From Squalus acanthias (Eukaryota): DNA of 64,000 nt. Positions within the stretch are counted from its first letter, which is position 1. Each line of letters begins with the position of its first letter. The stretch is taken from NCBI GenBank assembly GCA_030390025.1, contig CM059430.1, positions 38,812,001 to 38,876,000 of the forward strand. The letters run 5' to 3'. Shown one piece after another: positions 12,261 to 25,927 of the stretch. The position numbers and the translations under genes were made by a program. Below the pieces are notes generated by a model. It saw nothing but the letters and a program-made list of their open reading frames with translations. It was not told where the DNA came from and made no database searches.

Positions 12261-13995
12261 CTCGCACTTTATATATAAAGTGCTGCAAAACACCCTTTTT
12301 TTAAAAAAAAAATGCAAATTTAGGCTTGAGGCACGTTCTGAAATCTGCACTCTGATATCGACTTTATGCAAAATGCTTTTTTTAAAAATAATTTATATAT
12401 ACATGCTACAAAGAGCGGGGCAACTGCATCAAACTAATACGGAGCTCCTGAAAGAAACTAATTAGTTTTACAGCACTGAGACTAACCTCACAGAAAGGGC
12501 GTCAGTGATTTAGCATATGCAACTTAATAGTCTTCCATTAACTCCAGTTTTATTTGGGAGCAGCGATTCAGAATTGCTACACCGGTCACATTAATATTTA
12601 GGAAAATGTGCGAAATTAAAACAAAAACAGAAACCCCCCCCCAACCAAAAAAAATACATGATATATTGATATTAAGAACGGTAATGGCAGTGCAAGGCGC
12701 CAGACTCTTGTCCATTTAAGCAAGTCGCTCCAGCTGAACCACAAACTGCTTTAATGTTGCCATTACTGTACATCTCCTTTGATTCGCAGAAGCAATCTCG
12801 CACTCACAGTTTTTAATAACCTAATTCCTACCGAACAATGGAAATTCTTTAGCTTCCAGCACGTAACTCCCTGCAGGGCACAGTGAATTTCAAAAATATC
12901 CGTAATGATACAGTGGAATTAAAAGGGTATTAGTGTTAGTAATTCGTTTACATCTAATTATAAACTGATGGAATTATGCCTATGTGGCTAACAAATATAA
13001 TCGGTTTGAATTTATTTATGTGAATGTGTGTGTGTGCTGAGACGTGGTTAGACCACCTCTGTGTGATTTTAAATACAATTTTGAGATAAGAGTTGGGGGG
13101 GGGGGAACAGATAAGCAAAGGACAGGTTGGAAGCCTGGTCTGTAAATCTGTAAATGCAAGCAGTTTTTTTAAAATATAATAAATTGGGGAAATGAATAAC
13201 AGAATTTTGCCTATGGTTAGGTTTATGTGTTATCTGTTTATCTGGCATAAATGGCACGAGTGAACCTGAAACCAGGTCGAGAGTGACATCAAAAAATGCT
13301 GCAAGTCATAAAAATGTTTTTATTTTTAATTTAGAGATTCTATAATCAGATTATTTTTCAATGGATAATGCAGAGAGCTGTAAATAGTTTTTGTTCATAC
13401 ATTCTGTGCAATGTCGAGCTGAATGGTCGTACCTTTCCCTACTGCACACTGCCTGTTGTCTGGCCAGGTAGCTTGCGCCCCCTTCTGGAGCGGACTCTAA
13501 TTTCTGCAATTATTCGGCTCGGGTAAAGCATTGGCGTTTTAGTTACATTCAAAATTAGTTCGATAAATACTGTTGAACATAGGGGAAATTGTTTTAAAGT
13601 ACTTAACATTTGTTTTTGTTCCAGTATGTTTAAAAAATAGGAGCCCCCACCTAAAGCACACCAGATTTTAACAGGCTCATTTTCTTTTACTGGTTGTCTA
13701 TCAATAACAATATTGCAAAATCCAGTCTGGAGAAATATCAAAAGTTCAATACAGAATCCCGAAAGAAGGAATAAGTAGCAACCTTAAACAGACGAACAGG
13801 ATTTGTGCATTTTTTTGTAAGAAGTTTGTATTTTCCGATTTATTTCGAGTATCTTGTTCATGAAATTATTTCCAACAGTGTTGGATTGATTCCTGCTACC
13901 ATTTGCGGTTTAAAGGCAGCTTTTAGGAAACCATTTCAAAACATTGTTGTTTTTATATTGAATAATAAACTCGAATAAGTTAAATGAACAGCGCA

Positions 13996-14142
13996 ATAGC
14001 AAAATACTGCGGATGCTGGAAATCTGAAATAACAGAAAATGCTGGAAACACTCAGTAGGTCAGGCAGCATCCGTGGGGCTAGATGGTTCCACGGATGCTG
14101 CCTGACCTGCAGAGTGTTTCCAGCATTTGCTGTTGTTATTTT
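13996..14142. repeat. Short hairpin-forming Penelope-terminus-derived element
   Basis: Arms aacagaaaatgctggaaacactcag..ggtcaggcagcatccgtgg / ccacggatgctgcctgacc..gagtgtttccagcattt are inverted repeats, flanked by direct aacagcgca. Same family as 41690-41858. Confidence 0.75.
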
Positions 14143-15844
14143 AAATTAACAGCGCAGCTGATTTAAAAGATAAACTTTAAAACAACCACTGTTATACTCC
14201 CTTTATTTTCAAATTTATGAATGTTAGTATTGAGCACCACATCCATAAACTTAAAACATTTCGGCATACTGTACAGCAAAACGTAAATGCATATTGAAAA
14301 CAATCTATTCAAAGTACGAAAACTACATCGACGTGTTGTGAGTTTAAATAAACATTTACGGACAGTACAACAGGGAAATTGTTACTCGTTTGTTAACTAT
14401 TTGATCTTTTTTCTAATAAACTGAACGTGTTTTGTTTAAATAATAAATGATTAGTATTGAATGAAGAAATGTCACTTTTCATCATTTATTTACATCCACG
14501 ATCATAAACCTGCTGTGACTGCTGAACTTGTAATCTTTCAAGCAGTTAACGCATGAATGCGGTATATTCTGAAAGTTTTCCTGCAATTGTAACTTCAAAG
14601 AGTATTAAAAGTATTTGTGGAAAATGCAAAATATTTATTAAATTGGATAAAAGGTGTACCCCGTTCTTTAAAAATGTACAAACCATCAGTTCATATTGAC
14701 GTTTGCATCTTCCCACATCAGATACATACCAAAAGGCAGTGGAGTTCTAATAACACCAGGTGTGTGTTTACGTTCTAATTTTGTGCAATCATTTCGATTA
14801 AGATCCGATCTATGGAGTGCATATTTGAATTAGAAAGTGTATTAAGTCAAAGCCCACAATTTCACTTACTATAAATCACCAACATGTTCAGGAATGTTCT
14901 TACTTACGTTGATAAGTAGGACTTTTCTTTGACTGGATATTTACCTATGGGTTGGTCAAAAATATTCCATGTGAAACATCAGCAGCAAAATGAAGACGCA
15001 CAGGCATCGATACAAGTTCGATTGCGTGAGTATTTGCTAGATGGTACATCCTTACAGAATGGGATGGACGTTTTATTCGATTTAATAAATATCTTGCACC
15101 TTTTCCACACAAAATAATGTAAATCTTCTCTTGCAGATGCAATGATACAGTGCTTTGTAAAGAATATACTGCTTAGGGTAGAGATACTGCTGAATAAAAA
15201 ATAGAATTCACTTGACTCTAATAGCTGAAAATGTTACAATGTATGAAACTTAATATCAATTTCCATTAATTTAGTTATATCCTCTCAGATAGTCCATTAA
15301 AATGTGCTGGAATTTAAAAATTAACACTTGTGCAATCGGGAATTAAAGCGGATGCTGTTTTGTTCTTTTAAAAAGGCCAAAATAGTTAATTAAGACTGTG
15401 TGTCTGATATGCTAATTGTTAGATTCAAATGCGGGCAGCTGTGTAAACACGGGAGAAACTGGCCAGGAAAGTGTCAAAATTATTCAAGAATTCTATAGAT
15501 TTTCTCATAATTTTAAACAGTTTTGCAGCGTTGTTGTGTCAAAATAATACTGTTCCTTTGATCTGCCTTTCTGACTTCAAAGGAAAATTCAACTTAACTG
15601 GCTGCAAATGTGAAGTTTATTCTTAACCTTGAGCAGTCAGAAGAAGAACACCGTGACTTACGAAGACAAACTCCATTATTTGTACCACAAGAGAAGACCT
15701 CAAGAACCTAAAAGATATTAGTGGTAAAACATTTGTTTGACTCTTTAAACTGTTTTTATTAAATATAAATAATTTATGTTTATTCTGAACAGCTTTGAAT
15801 AAGGTAAATTTAACCCCTTGTGGTTTCTGTGTGCCCTGCAATTC

Positions 15845-16160
15845 AACAAGAACGTGCATTTATATAGCACCTTTAAAGTAGTAAAACATCCCAAGACGCT
15901 TCACAGGAGCATAATCAGACAAAAATTTACATCGAGCCAAAGAAGGAGACATTAGGACAGGTGACCAAAGGTTTGGTCAAAGAGGTCAGTTTTAAGCCAA
16001 GTCTTAAAAGAGGAGAGAGAGGCAAAGAGGTTTGCGGTGAGAATTCAAGAGCTTGGGGCCTAGACAGCTGAAGGCACGGCTGCCAATGGTGGGGTGAAGG
16101 AAGCGGGGATGCTCAATAGGCCAGATTTGGAGGGACACAGAGTTCTCGGAGGGTTGTCAG
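15845..16160 (-). mobile_element. L2 3' fragment
   Basis: Similar to about 4150-4440, including the gcatttatatagc tail. Confidence 0.75.
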
Positions 16161-17164
16161 CTGAGATAATCTAATGTATGTAATTATTGCCTTTTTCCTA
16201 TGTTTTATTATTGTCTAATTTGTAATTAAACATTGTAGTAATTTTTTTTAGCCTGTACCACTTTGATCCCGTGTGTGGTATTTTTTACTTTACAAAATAA
16301 TTGAAGCTGCATCATATATGTAATTTCCAATATGCATTTTACTACATTTGGGTTCATTGTTAAATCCTGGTTGTGTAATCCTTTACAAGGGTGTAGAGCA
16401 CCTAAAAAATGCATGGTTATGAGGGACAAGATCTGCTCACAGAAAGCACTGGATGACAGTTGAAAGAAAAAATGGTGGTTTAAAAGCCTGAACCAAAATA
16501 CTTCCATTTTCCACATGTTGTTCCTCACTTTCACAAAAATGTACATCCATATAATTAAAATGTTGCATCTAGCAGGCATCCATTGTTACCATGCCTCAAT
16601 AATGACACACTTCAGGGCATTTCACCGGGGTATCACATCTATAAGACAACGAGTAGTGATTGGCTGAGATGAGGCCCTATTGGTCAAATTGCCAATCAAG
16701 TATCTGATTGACTAAGTGGATTAATCAAAAGCAGTTTAAATCAGTTGGTAACTAATGACGAGCAAGTAAGTAAGAAAAAATTGAGCAATTACATCATTCA
16801 ATTTTTTTTTCAAAGCCACCATTCATTAAGCAGCGAGTACTACTAAACTCAACAATTAGATTGCTCAAATAATTTATTCAACCAGTTTTTCTTCTGCCAT
16901 TTTGCTTCTTCACACAGATATAGGTATAATTAAAAATAATATCTATAAATTAAAAACAAATGAGAAAAAAAAGATGGTTCTGAATAAAACAAAAGTTACC
17001 CATGAAATTAGGTAATTAATGTTAGAAATGCCTGTCTGAAATTTCCCTCAAATAGGTGTGTCCTTCTGCCCAGAGCCTGGGCTTGATTTGGAAAATTTAC
17101 CTGGAATTTCTAAGTGCTGTTGACAAATTCTGTGTTTGTGTGATACATCATTAGAGTTATTTCA

Positions 17165-17515
17165 CTCTAATGGGTGGCACCTTATCGAATGATTTTTGAA
17201 AATCCAAATATACTACATCCACTGGTTCCCCCTTATCTACCCTGCTAGTTACAACCTCAAAAAACGCTAACAGATTTGCCAAACACGATTTCCCTTTCAT
17301 AAATCCATGTAGCCTCTGCCCAAACATATTATGATTTTCTAAGTGCCCTGTTACCACATCCCTAATAATAGATTCTAGCATTTTCCCTACTACTGATGTC
17401 AGGCTAACTGGCCTATAGTTCCCTGCTTTCTCGCTCCCTCCTTTCTTGAATAGCAGGGTTACATTTGCTACCTTCCCATCCACTGGGACTGTTCTAGAAT
17501 CTAGGGAATTCTAGA
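17165..17515 (-). mobile_element. CR1 RT fragment, inverted relative to the adjacent CR1
   Basis: KVANVTLLFKKG..GNYRPVSLTSVVGKMLES..VDVVYLDFQKSFDKVP. Confidence 0.9.
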
Positions 17516-18165
17516 ATACTTGTTGAGTAGAAATAAGTCAAAGCTGAAGGCACTATATCTGAATGCACGAAGCATTTGCAACAAAATAGATGAATTAATA
17601 GCGCAGATAGAAATTAACAGGTTTGATCTAATAGCCATAACAGAGATGTGGTTGCAAAGTGACCAAGGTTGGGAACTAAATATTCCAGAATACTTAACTT
17701 TTAGAAGAGATAGGCAAAATGGAAAATGAGGTGGAGTAGCCCTGATAATAAAGGATGGGATAAAGACAGTAGAGAGAAGGGATCTTAGCCCCTGAAAATC
17801 AAGAAGTAGAATCAGTTTGGGTGGAGCTAAGAAACAGCAAGGGGCAGAAAACATAGGTGGGAGTTGTTTATAGGCCCCAAACAGTAGTTGTAATGTAGGG
17901 CCGAGTATAAATCAGGAAATTAGAGATGCATGTAACAAGGGTAATACAGTAATCATGGGGACTTTAATCTACATATGGACTGGGCAAATTAAATTTGCAG
18001 TAATAGTGTGGAGGATGAATTCATAGAATGTATGCAAGATAGTTTTCTAGATCAGTATGTTGAGGAACCAACTAAGGAACATGCTATTTTAGATCTAGTA
18101 TTGTGCAATGAGAAAGGGTTAATTAATAACCTTGTAGTAAAGGGGCCTTTAGGGAAGAGTGACCA

Positions 18166-21100
18166 GTGTCCTGGTGAATCGAATAACTAGGGCTGTAGAT
18201 AGAGCTTTAAACTAAATAGTGGGGGGGAGGGTTCAAGCGAGGGGAAATTTAGAAAGTTAAAGAGAAAGTACAAGGCAATAGTGCAGGGTAGCGATATGGG
18301 CAATGAAAACCAGAGTGTGACAGGAAGGGACAGAGTGTACAAACATAAGAGTGCACCAGCAAATAACGTCAAAGTAGGGAAAAATGATAAAAAGACAAAA
18401 TTAAAGGCTCTTTATCTGAATGCACGCAGCATTCGTAACAAGATAGATGAATTGACAGCACAAGTAGAAATAAATGGGTATGATCGAATAGCCATCACAG
18501 AGACGTGGTTGCAATGTGACCAAGGCTGGGAACTGAATATTCAGGGGTATTTGACATTTTGGAAGGATAGACAGAAAGGAAAAGGAGGTGTGGTAGCTCT
18601 GTTAATAAAGGATAAGATCAGTACGATAGTGAGAAATGATCTTGGCTCGGAAGTTCCAGATGAAGAATCAATTTGGGTGGAGGTAAGAAATAGTAAGGGA
18701 AAGAAGGCACTGGTGGGAGTAGTCTATAGGCCCCCTAACAGTAGCTACACTATAGGGCAGAGTATAAATCAAGAAATAATGGGGGCTTGTAAGAAAGGTA
18801 CTGCAATAATCGTGGGTGATTTTAATCTTCATATAGATTGGACAAATCAAATTGGCAAAAGCAGCCTTGAGGACGAGTTCATAGAGTATATTCGGGACAG
18901 TTTCTTGGAACAATATGTTGTGGAACTGAACAGGGAACAGACTATTTTAGATCTGGTAATGTGCAATGAAACAGGATTAATTAATGATCTCATAGTAAAG
19001 GATCCTCTAGGGAAGAGTGATCATAACATGATGGAATTCCACATTCAGTTTGAAGGTGAGAAACTTGGGTCTGAAGCTAGAGTATTAAACTTAAATAAAG
19101 GCAATTGCAAAGTATGAGGAGAGAGTTAGCTAAAGTGGACTGGGAAAATAGATTAGAAGGTAAGACGGTAGAAAAGCAGTGGCAGACATTTAAAGAGATA
19201 TTTCATGACTCTCAACAAAGATATATTTCAGTGAGAAAGAAAGACTCGAAGAGAAGGATGAATCAACCATGGCTAACCAAGGAAGTTAAGGATAGTATCA
19301 AATTGAAAGAAAAGGCATACAATGTTGCAAAGATTAGTGGTAGGCCAGAAGATTGGGAAAATTTTAGAAACCAGCAAAGATGACTAACAAAATAATAAAG
19401 AGGGAGAAAATAGCTTATGAGAGTAAACTAGCAAGAAATATAAAAACAGACAGGAAGAGCTTCTACAAGTATATAAAAAGGAAGAGAGTAGCTAAAATAA
19501 ACGTTGGTCCCTTAGAGGACGAGACTGGGGAAATAATAATGGGAAACAAGGAAATGGCAGAGGCATTGAACAAATATTTTGTATCTGTCTTCACAATAGA
19601 GGACACTAAAAACATCCCAGTAATAGTAGAAAATCAAGGGGCAAAAGGGAGGGAGGAACTTAAAACAATCACTATCACTAGAGAAAAAGTGCTAGGCAAA
19701 CTTATGAATCTAAAGACTGACAAGTCCCCTGGACCTGATGGCTTGCATCCTAGGGTCTTAAAAGAAGTGGCTACAGAGATAGTGGATACATTGGTTGTAA
19801 TCTTCCAAAATTCCCTTGACTCTGGAAAAGTCCCTGCGGATTTGAAAACCGCAAATGTAATACCCTTATTCAAAAAAAGGAAGGAGACAAAAAGCAGGAA
19901 ACTATAGGCCAGTTAGCCTAACATTGGGAAAATGCTCAAATCCATTATTAAGGAAGTAGTAGCAGGGCATTTAGAAAATCATAATACAATCAAACAGAGT
20001 CAACATGGTTTTATGAAAGGGAAATCGTGTTTGATAAATCTATTCGAGTTCTTTGAGGAGGTAACGAGCAGGGTGGATAAAGGGGAACCAGTAGATGTAG
20101 TGTATTTGGATTTCTAAAAGGCATTCGACAAGGAGTCACATAAAAGGTTACGGCATAAGATAAGAGCTCATGGTTTTGGGGGAAATATATTAGATTGGAT
20201 AGAGGATTGGCTAACTAACAGAAAACAGAGTCGGGATAAATGGGTCATTTTCAGGATGGCAATCTGTAACTAGTGGGGTGCCACAGGGGGCCTCAACTAT
20301 TTTCAATCTATATTAATGACTTGGATGAAGGAAGCGAGTGTATTGTAGCCAAATTTGCGGACGATACAAAGATAGGTGGGAAAGCAAGTTGTGAGGAGGA
20401 CATAAAGAGTCTGCAAAGGGATATAGATAGGTTAAGTGAGTGGGCAAGAATTTGGCAGATGGAGTATAATGTGGGAAAATATGAAGTTATCCACTTTGGT
20501 AGGAAGAATAGAAAAGAAAAATATTATTTAAATGGAGAAAGACAACAGAATGCGGCGGTACAGAGGGATCTGGGTGTCCTCGTACATGAAACACAAAAAG
20601 TTAACACGCAGGTGCAGCAAGTAATTAGGAAGGCAAATGGAATGTTGGCCTTTATTACAAGGGGGGATGGAGTATAAAAGTAGGGAAGTCTTGCTACAAC
20701 TGTATATAGGGTGCTGGTGAGACCACACCTAGAGTACTGCGTACAGTTTTCGTCTCCTTATTTAAGGAGGGATATACTTGCAATGGAGGCAGTTCAGAGA
20801 AGGTTCACCAGGTTAATTCCTGGGATGGAAGGGTTGTCTTATGAGGAAAGGTTGAGCAGGTTGGGCCTATACTCATTGGAGTTTAGAAGAATGAGAGGTG
20901 ATCTTATTGAAACATATAGGGCCAAAAATTGATCCCGCTGCGCGAGAGTACGCACTGCGTACTCTCGCGTATTCTCTCTCCAATTGCCGGTTTTCTGCAT
21001 GCACTGCGCATGCGCTGAAAACCGGCACTTGGTCTTTGGAAAAGGGGGCGGTTCCTCGGTGCACCGCGTGCGCGCTACAGGCTGCGCGCACGCTGTGCAC

Positions 21101-22045
21101 TTAGTGCTTTGGACGCGCAGGTAAGTACGGAAGATTTTAGAAATGGAAAAAGGAGGAGTAAGACCCACTTTTAACAAGGTAAGTAGTGAATTAAGTATTA
21201 TTTTGAATTTTTTTTAACAGGTATATCTTTTTTAGAGACTTTAAAGACAGGTAAGTTTATTTTTATAACTTTTTAAAAGATTTTAAATTTTTTCAAAAAT
21301 TTAATTTTTTATTTAAAATGGTTAATTTATTTAACTATACTTATTTTATTAATGTGATGTTTTTTTTTTAAATTTAATTGAGGTTTAGCTGTTATTTTGG
21401 GGGGGTGTAAGATTCATAGCTTTCACAGCACGTATGTGAAACTTATGAATGGAAGATGGTGTGCTGCCATTGGCTCTAACTGAGTCACGTGATCCCACAG
21501 CTCGCACGAATTCACTACGCCGGTGGGATACGCAAGCATTGCCCAGCTGATGTCTGGAACATCAAGTTCGTGCGAGCTGGATCTGAAAAAGCCAACGCGG
21601 AGTGAGAGATCGCGCCTCCTCCTTACCCCCGCGGGAACAGAGCGAGATCAATTTCTGGGCCATAAGATTCTGAGGGGGTTAGACAGGGTAGATGCTGAGA
21701 GGATGTTTCCCCTCGTGGGGGAATCTAGAACGAGGGGGCATAGTCTCAGAATAAGGTGTCGCCCATTTAAGACGGATATGAGGAGGAATTTCTTCTCTCA
21801 GAGGGTCATGAATCTTTGGAATTCTTTACCCCAGAGAGCTGTGGAAGCTGAGTCATTGAATATATTCAAGGCTGAGATAGACAGATTTTTGAGCAACAGG
21901 GGAGTCAAGGGTTATGGGGAGCGGGCAGGAAAGTGGAGTTGAGGCCAAAATTGGATCAGCCATGATTTCATTAAATGGCGGAGCAGGCTCGAAGGGCCGA
22001 ATGGCCTGCTTCTGCTCCTATTTCTTATGTCCTTATGTTCTTATG
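18166..22045 (+). mobile_element. CR1 LINE B, near-complete ORF2 plus end of ORF1, nested in CR1 A
   Basis: ORF 18281..19117 (APE endonuclease), RT pieces to 21942, 3' tail. Flanked by tgacca at 18160-18165 and 22044-22049. Confidence 0.92.
20919..21661 (+). mobile_element. Non-autonomous Harbinger-type MITE (743 bp)
   Basis: TIRs gggccaaaaattgatc / gatcaatttctgggcc with 3-bp TSD ATA. It splits the CR1 motif LIETY|KIL. A near-identical copy is at 33628-34354. Confidence 0.92.
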
Positions 22046-22567
22046 ACCAAAATATGATAGAATTTTTTATTGAGTTTGAAAGTGATTTAGTTAAATCCGA
22101 AACTAGGGTCTTAAATCTAAACAAAGCAAACTACGTAGGTATGAGGGTCGAGTTGGCTAAGGTAGATTGGGAAAACTACATTAAAAGGTATGACAGTAGA
22201 GAAGCAATAGCTAGCATTTAAAGAATTAATACATAATTTACAACAAATATACATTCCTTAAGGCACAAAAACCCCACAGGAAAAGTGGTCCAACTGTGGC
22301 GAACAAGAGAAGTTAAAGATAGTATTAGATCAAAGGAACAGACTTCTAATGTTGCCAAAAAGAGTAGTAAGCCTGAGGATAGGGAGGATTTTAGAATTCA
22401 GCAAAGGAGGACAAAGAACTTGATAAAGAAAGGGAAAATAGAATATGAGAGTAAAAACAGACTGTAAATGTTTCTATAGGTATGTAAAAAGGAAAAGATT
22501 AGCAAAAGTAAATGTGGGTCCCTTACAGGCTGAGACAGGAGAAATTATAATGGGGAATAAGGAAATT

Positions 22568-22747
22568 GAGAGGTCGCACAACACCAGGTTATAGTCCAAC
22601 AGTTTTATTTGAAATCACAAGCTTTCGGAGCTATCGCTCCTTCCTCAGGTGAAGTAAGCTTGTGATTTCAAATAAAACTGTTGGACTATAACCTGGTGTT
22701 GTGCGACCTCTCAATTTTGTCCACCCCAGTCCAACACCGGCATCTCC
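22568..22747. mobile_element. Penelope-derived short element (inverted terminal arms plus tail) with hammerhead motif
   Basis: Matches the termini of the Penelope at 43223-45624. About 60-bp inverted arms; direct flank gaataaggaaat on both sides. Confidence 0.88.
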
Positions 22748-25700
22748 GAATAAGGAAATGGCAGAGATATTAAACAAATACTTTGTGTCTGTCTTCACGG
22801 AAGAAGACGCAAAAAACTTCCCGGAAATGGTGGAGAACCAAGGCTCTGGCGAGAATGAGGAACTGAAAGAAATTAGTATTAGTAAAAAAATGTACTGGAG
22901 AAATTAATGGGACTGAAAGCCAATAAATCTCCTGGACCTGATGGCCTGCATCCTAGGGTTTTGAAAGAGGTGGCTATAGAGATAGTGGATGCATTGGTTG
23001 TCATTTTCCAAAATTCCATAGATTCTAGAACGGTTCCCGTGGATTGGAAGGTGGCAAATGAAACCCCACTATTTAAGAAAGGAGGGAGAGAGTAAAACGG
23101 GGAACTACAGACCAGTTAGCCTGACATCAGTAGTAGGGAAAATGCTAGAATCCATTATTAAGGACATGGTAATAGGGCACTTAGAAAATAATAATAGGAT
23201 TGGGCAGAATCAACACAGATTTATGAAAGGGAAATCGTGTTGACGAATCTGTTAGAGTTTTTTGAGGTTGTAACTAACAGAATAGATAAGGGGGAACCAG
23301 TGGATGTAGTGTATTTGGATTTTCAGAAGGCATTTGATAAGGTGCCACACAAGAGGTTATTAAACAAAATTAGGGCTCATGGGATTGGGGGTAATATACT
23401 AGCATGGATTGAGGATTGGTTAACGGACAGAAAACAGTAGGAATAAACGGGTAATTTTCGGGTTGGCAGGCTGTAACTTGTGGGGTACCGCAAGGATCAG
23501 TGTTTGGACCTCAGCTATTCACAATCTACATCAATGATTTGGATGAGGGGACCAAATGTAATATATCCAAGTTTGCTGATGATACAAAGCTGGGTGGGAA
23601 TGTAAGTTGTGAGGAGGATGCAAGGAGGCTTCAAGGGGATATAGACAGGCTATGTGAGTGGGCAAGAACATGGCAAATGGAATATAATGTGGAGAAATGT
23701 GAAGTTATCCACTTTGGTAGGAAATATAAAAAAGCAGAGTATTTTTTAAATGAAAGTTAACATGCAGGAACAGCAAGCAATTAGGAAAGCAAATGGTATG
23801 TTGGCCTTTATTACAAGAGGATTTGAGTATAAGAGTAAAGACGTCTTACTGCAATTATATAGGGCCCTGGCGAGACCACACCTGGAGTATTGTGTACAGT
23901 TTTGGTCTCCTTACCTAAGGAAGGATATACTTGCTATAGAGGGAGTGCAATGAAGGTTCACCAGACTGGTTTCTGGGATGGGGGATTGTCCTATGAGGAG
24001 AGATTGAGTAGACTAGGCCTATATTCTCTAGAGTTTAGAAGAATGAGAGGTGATCTCATTGAAACATATAAAATTCTTACAGGACTTGACAGGGTAGATG
24101 CAGGGAGGATGTTTCCCCTGGCTGGGGAGTCTAGAACCAGGGGTCACAGTCTCAGAATAAGGGGTCGGCCATTTAGGACTGGGATGAGGAGAAATTTCTT
24201 CACGCAGAGGGTGGTGAATCTTTGGAATTCTCTACCCCAGAAGGCTGTGGAGGCTCAGTCGTTGAGTATATTCAAGACAGAGATCGATAGATTTTTGAAT
24301 ATTAAGGGAATCAAGGGATATGGGGATAGTGCAGGAAAGTGGAGATGAGGTAGAAGATAAGCCATGATCTTATTGAATGGCCTACTCCTTCTCCTATTTC
24401 TTATGTTCTTATGAGTCTCTGTACAAAAAGATGGTTTTCACTTCCAGAGAATATTTGGATACTTAACTCTGAAACAACTCTTAACATATTTAACAATCAC
24501 AGCAATTGAAATAATCAGCAGTTCATATTGTGAAGGACTGGAGGCAATAATGTATGCCTCCAAAATATTGGATACTAACTGGTTATTGTAATGGAACTAT
24601 ATCCTAAAACTTTATTTGGTCACCGGTCTCCATCTCCAATTAGCGTTGCATGAATTTTGATCCAGCTGTAGTATCCTACCCTTACAATGTGACTCCCAAC
24701 ATTTTATATACACTTCCACCCCTCAGCCTACACTGAAACTCATTTCAATTATTTTAGCTCTGCAACTTAGATGGAAGGTGTCTCTTTGAATTTCATCCGT
24801 CTTTGCTCCGAGACTCACGTAATCGAGGAGCAAACCAATTACACAGCCTAAAAGATCGTGGAATTTTGGGAGTAAGTGAGTTGCACGCATAAGTACAATA
24901 TGCCCAAATCTCCTCGATCTTTTTCGGCCGTCTATTGATTCGTCCGAGTGAAGGAATCTCCGCCCATAAAACTGGCCTCGTCTCCAAGTTACAGAGTTTC
25001 CTGCAATTGCGATTGCTCAGAGGCTGTCTTCAAATTACGACCAGATTTTCAGGAGCCTGAGTCCTGGCCATGGGGTCATTAATATTTGCAGATAATGCAT
25101 TACTTTGTCACGTGTTACCAAAAATTGTATTACCAAACAAAACAAACCTTGTTTTATCAAAATCTTTAGTCCTACATTAGAATGGTATGCTAACGCTTCA
25201 AAACATCGACATGATATGGAAAAAAATGAGTTTCAATCTGTGGGAAAATATTAAACAGCACAATTTTAAACTAAAACCTCAGAAGAGCTCTAAATCAACT
25301 TCTTCCGAGTTCAAAATAAAACATAAAAATCACTAAAATAGCTTGAAGTTCACTAACCCATTGTGCTGAACTGGAACTCAAGAAGACTTCATCAGTGAGA
25401 AATTTTATGCTCCAAAGTGTATGTATCTTCAGGATAGAAGAATGCTAAACCCTGCACAACAGGTTGGAAAAATACCAATATGTAGTCTACGTTAGTAGGG
25501 CATCAGATGAATCTTCTCCCCCCACCCGCCCCCCCACTTCACCAACATATTCACAACGGAAAATTATATCAGCATCTCCTGGTTTTATATACGATGCCTC
25601 AGTTGGATTGCCTCAGAATGAACCACATAACCCAGTCTGTGATATATCAGTTATTGACCAAAACAGCAGGTCCACAGTACAATGCTGAGTAAAGTGCAAC

Positions 25701-25927
25701 TTAACTCTTCCTTGCCATAAACATAGGCTGGAATTTTCCCTTCTGAGACGGGTTGGGTGTGTGCGGGCCGCGTAGCGGGTCAGGAACGCAATGTCTTGGT
25801 CAGCCCACTCCTCAGTGCGACCTTAGCGTAATGGCCCCAATTGAAACAGCCATGCGTGTTTCCCGGCCCTATTATAGGGTGCGGGTCTGATGATGTCAAC
25901 GATGACTCATTTCCAGCACCCATATTT

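Larger units (their letters stand above)
17520..24413 (+). mobile_element. CR1 LINE A (ORF2 EN-RT), split into 17520-18165 and 22046-24413 by nested insertions
   Basis: EN start LKALYLNARSI. The reading GKSD|QNMIEF continues across the nested element, followed by RT (KFADDTK), C-terminus and (TTCTTATG)n tail. Confidence 0.9.
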
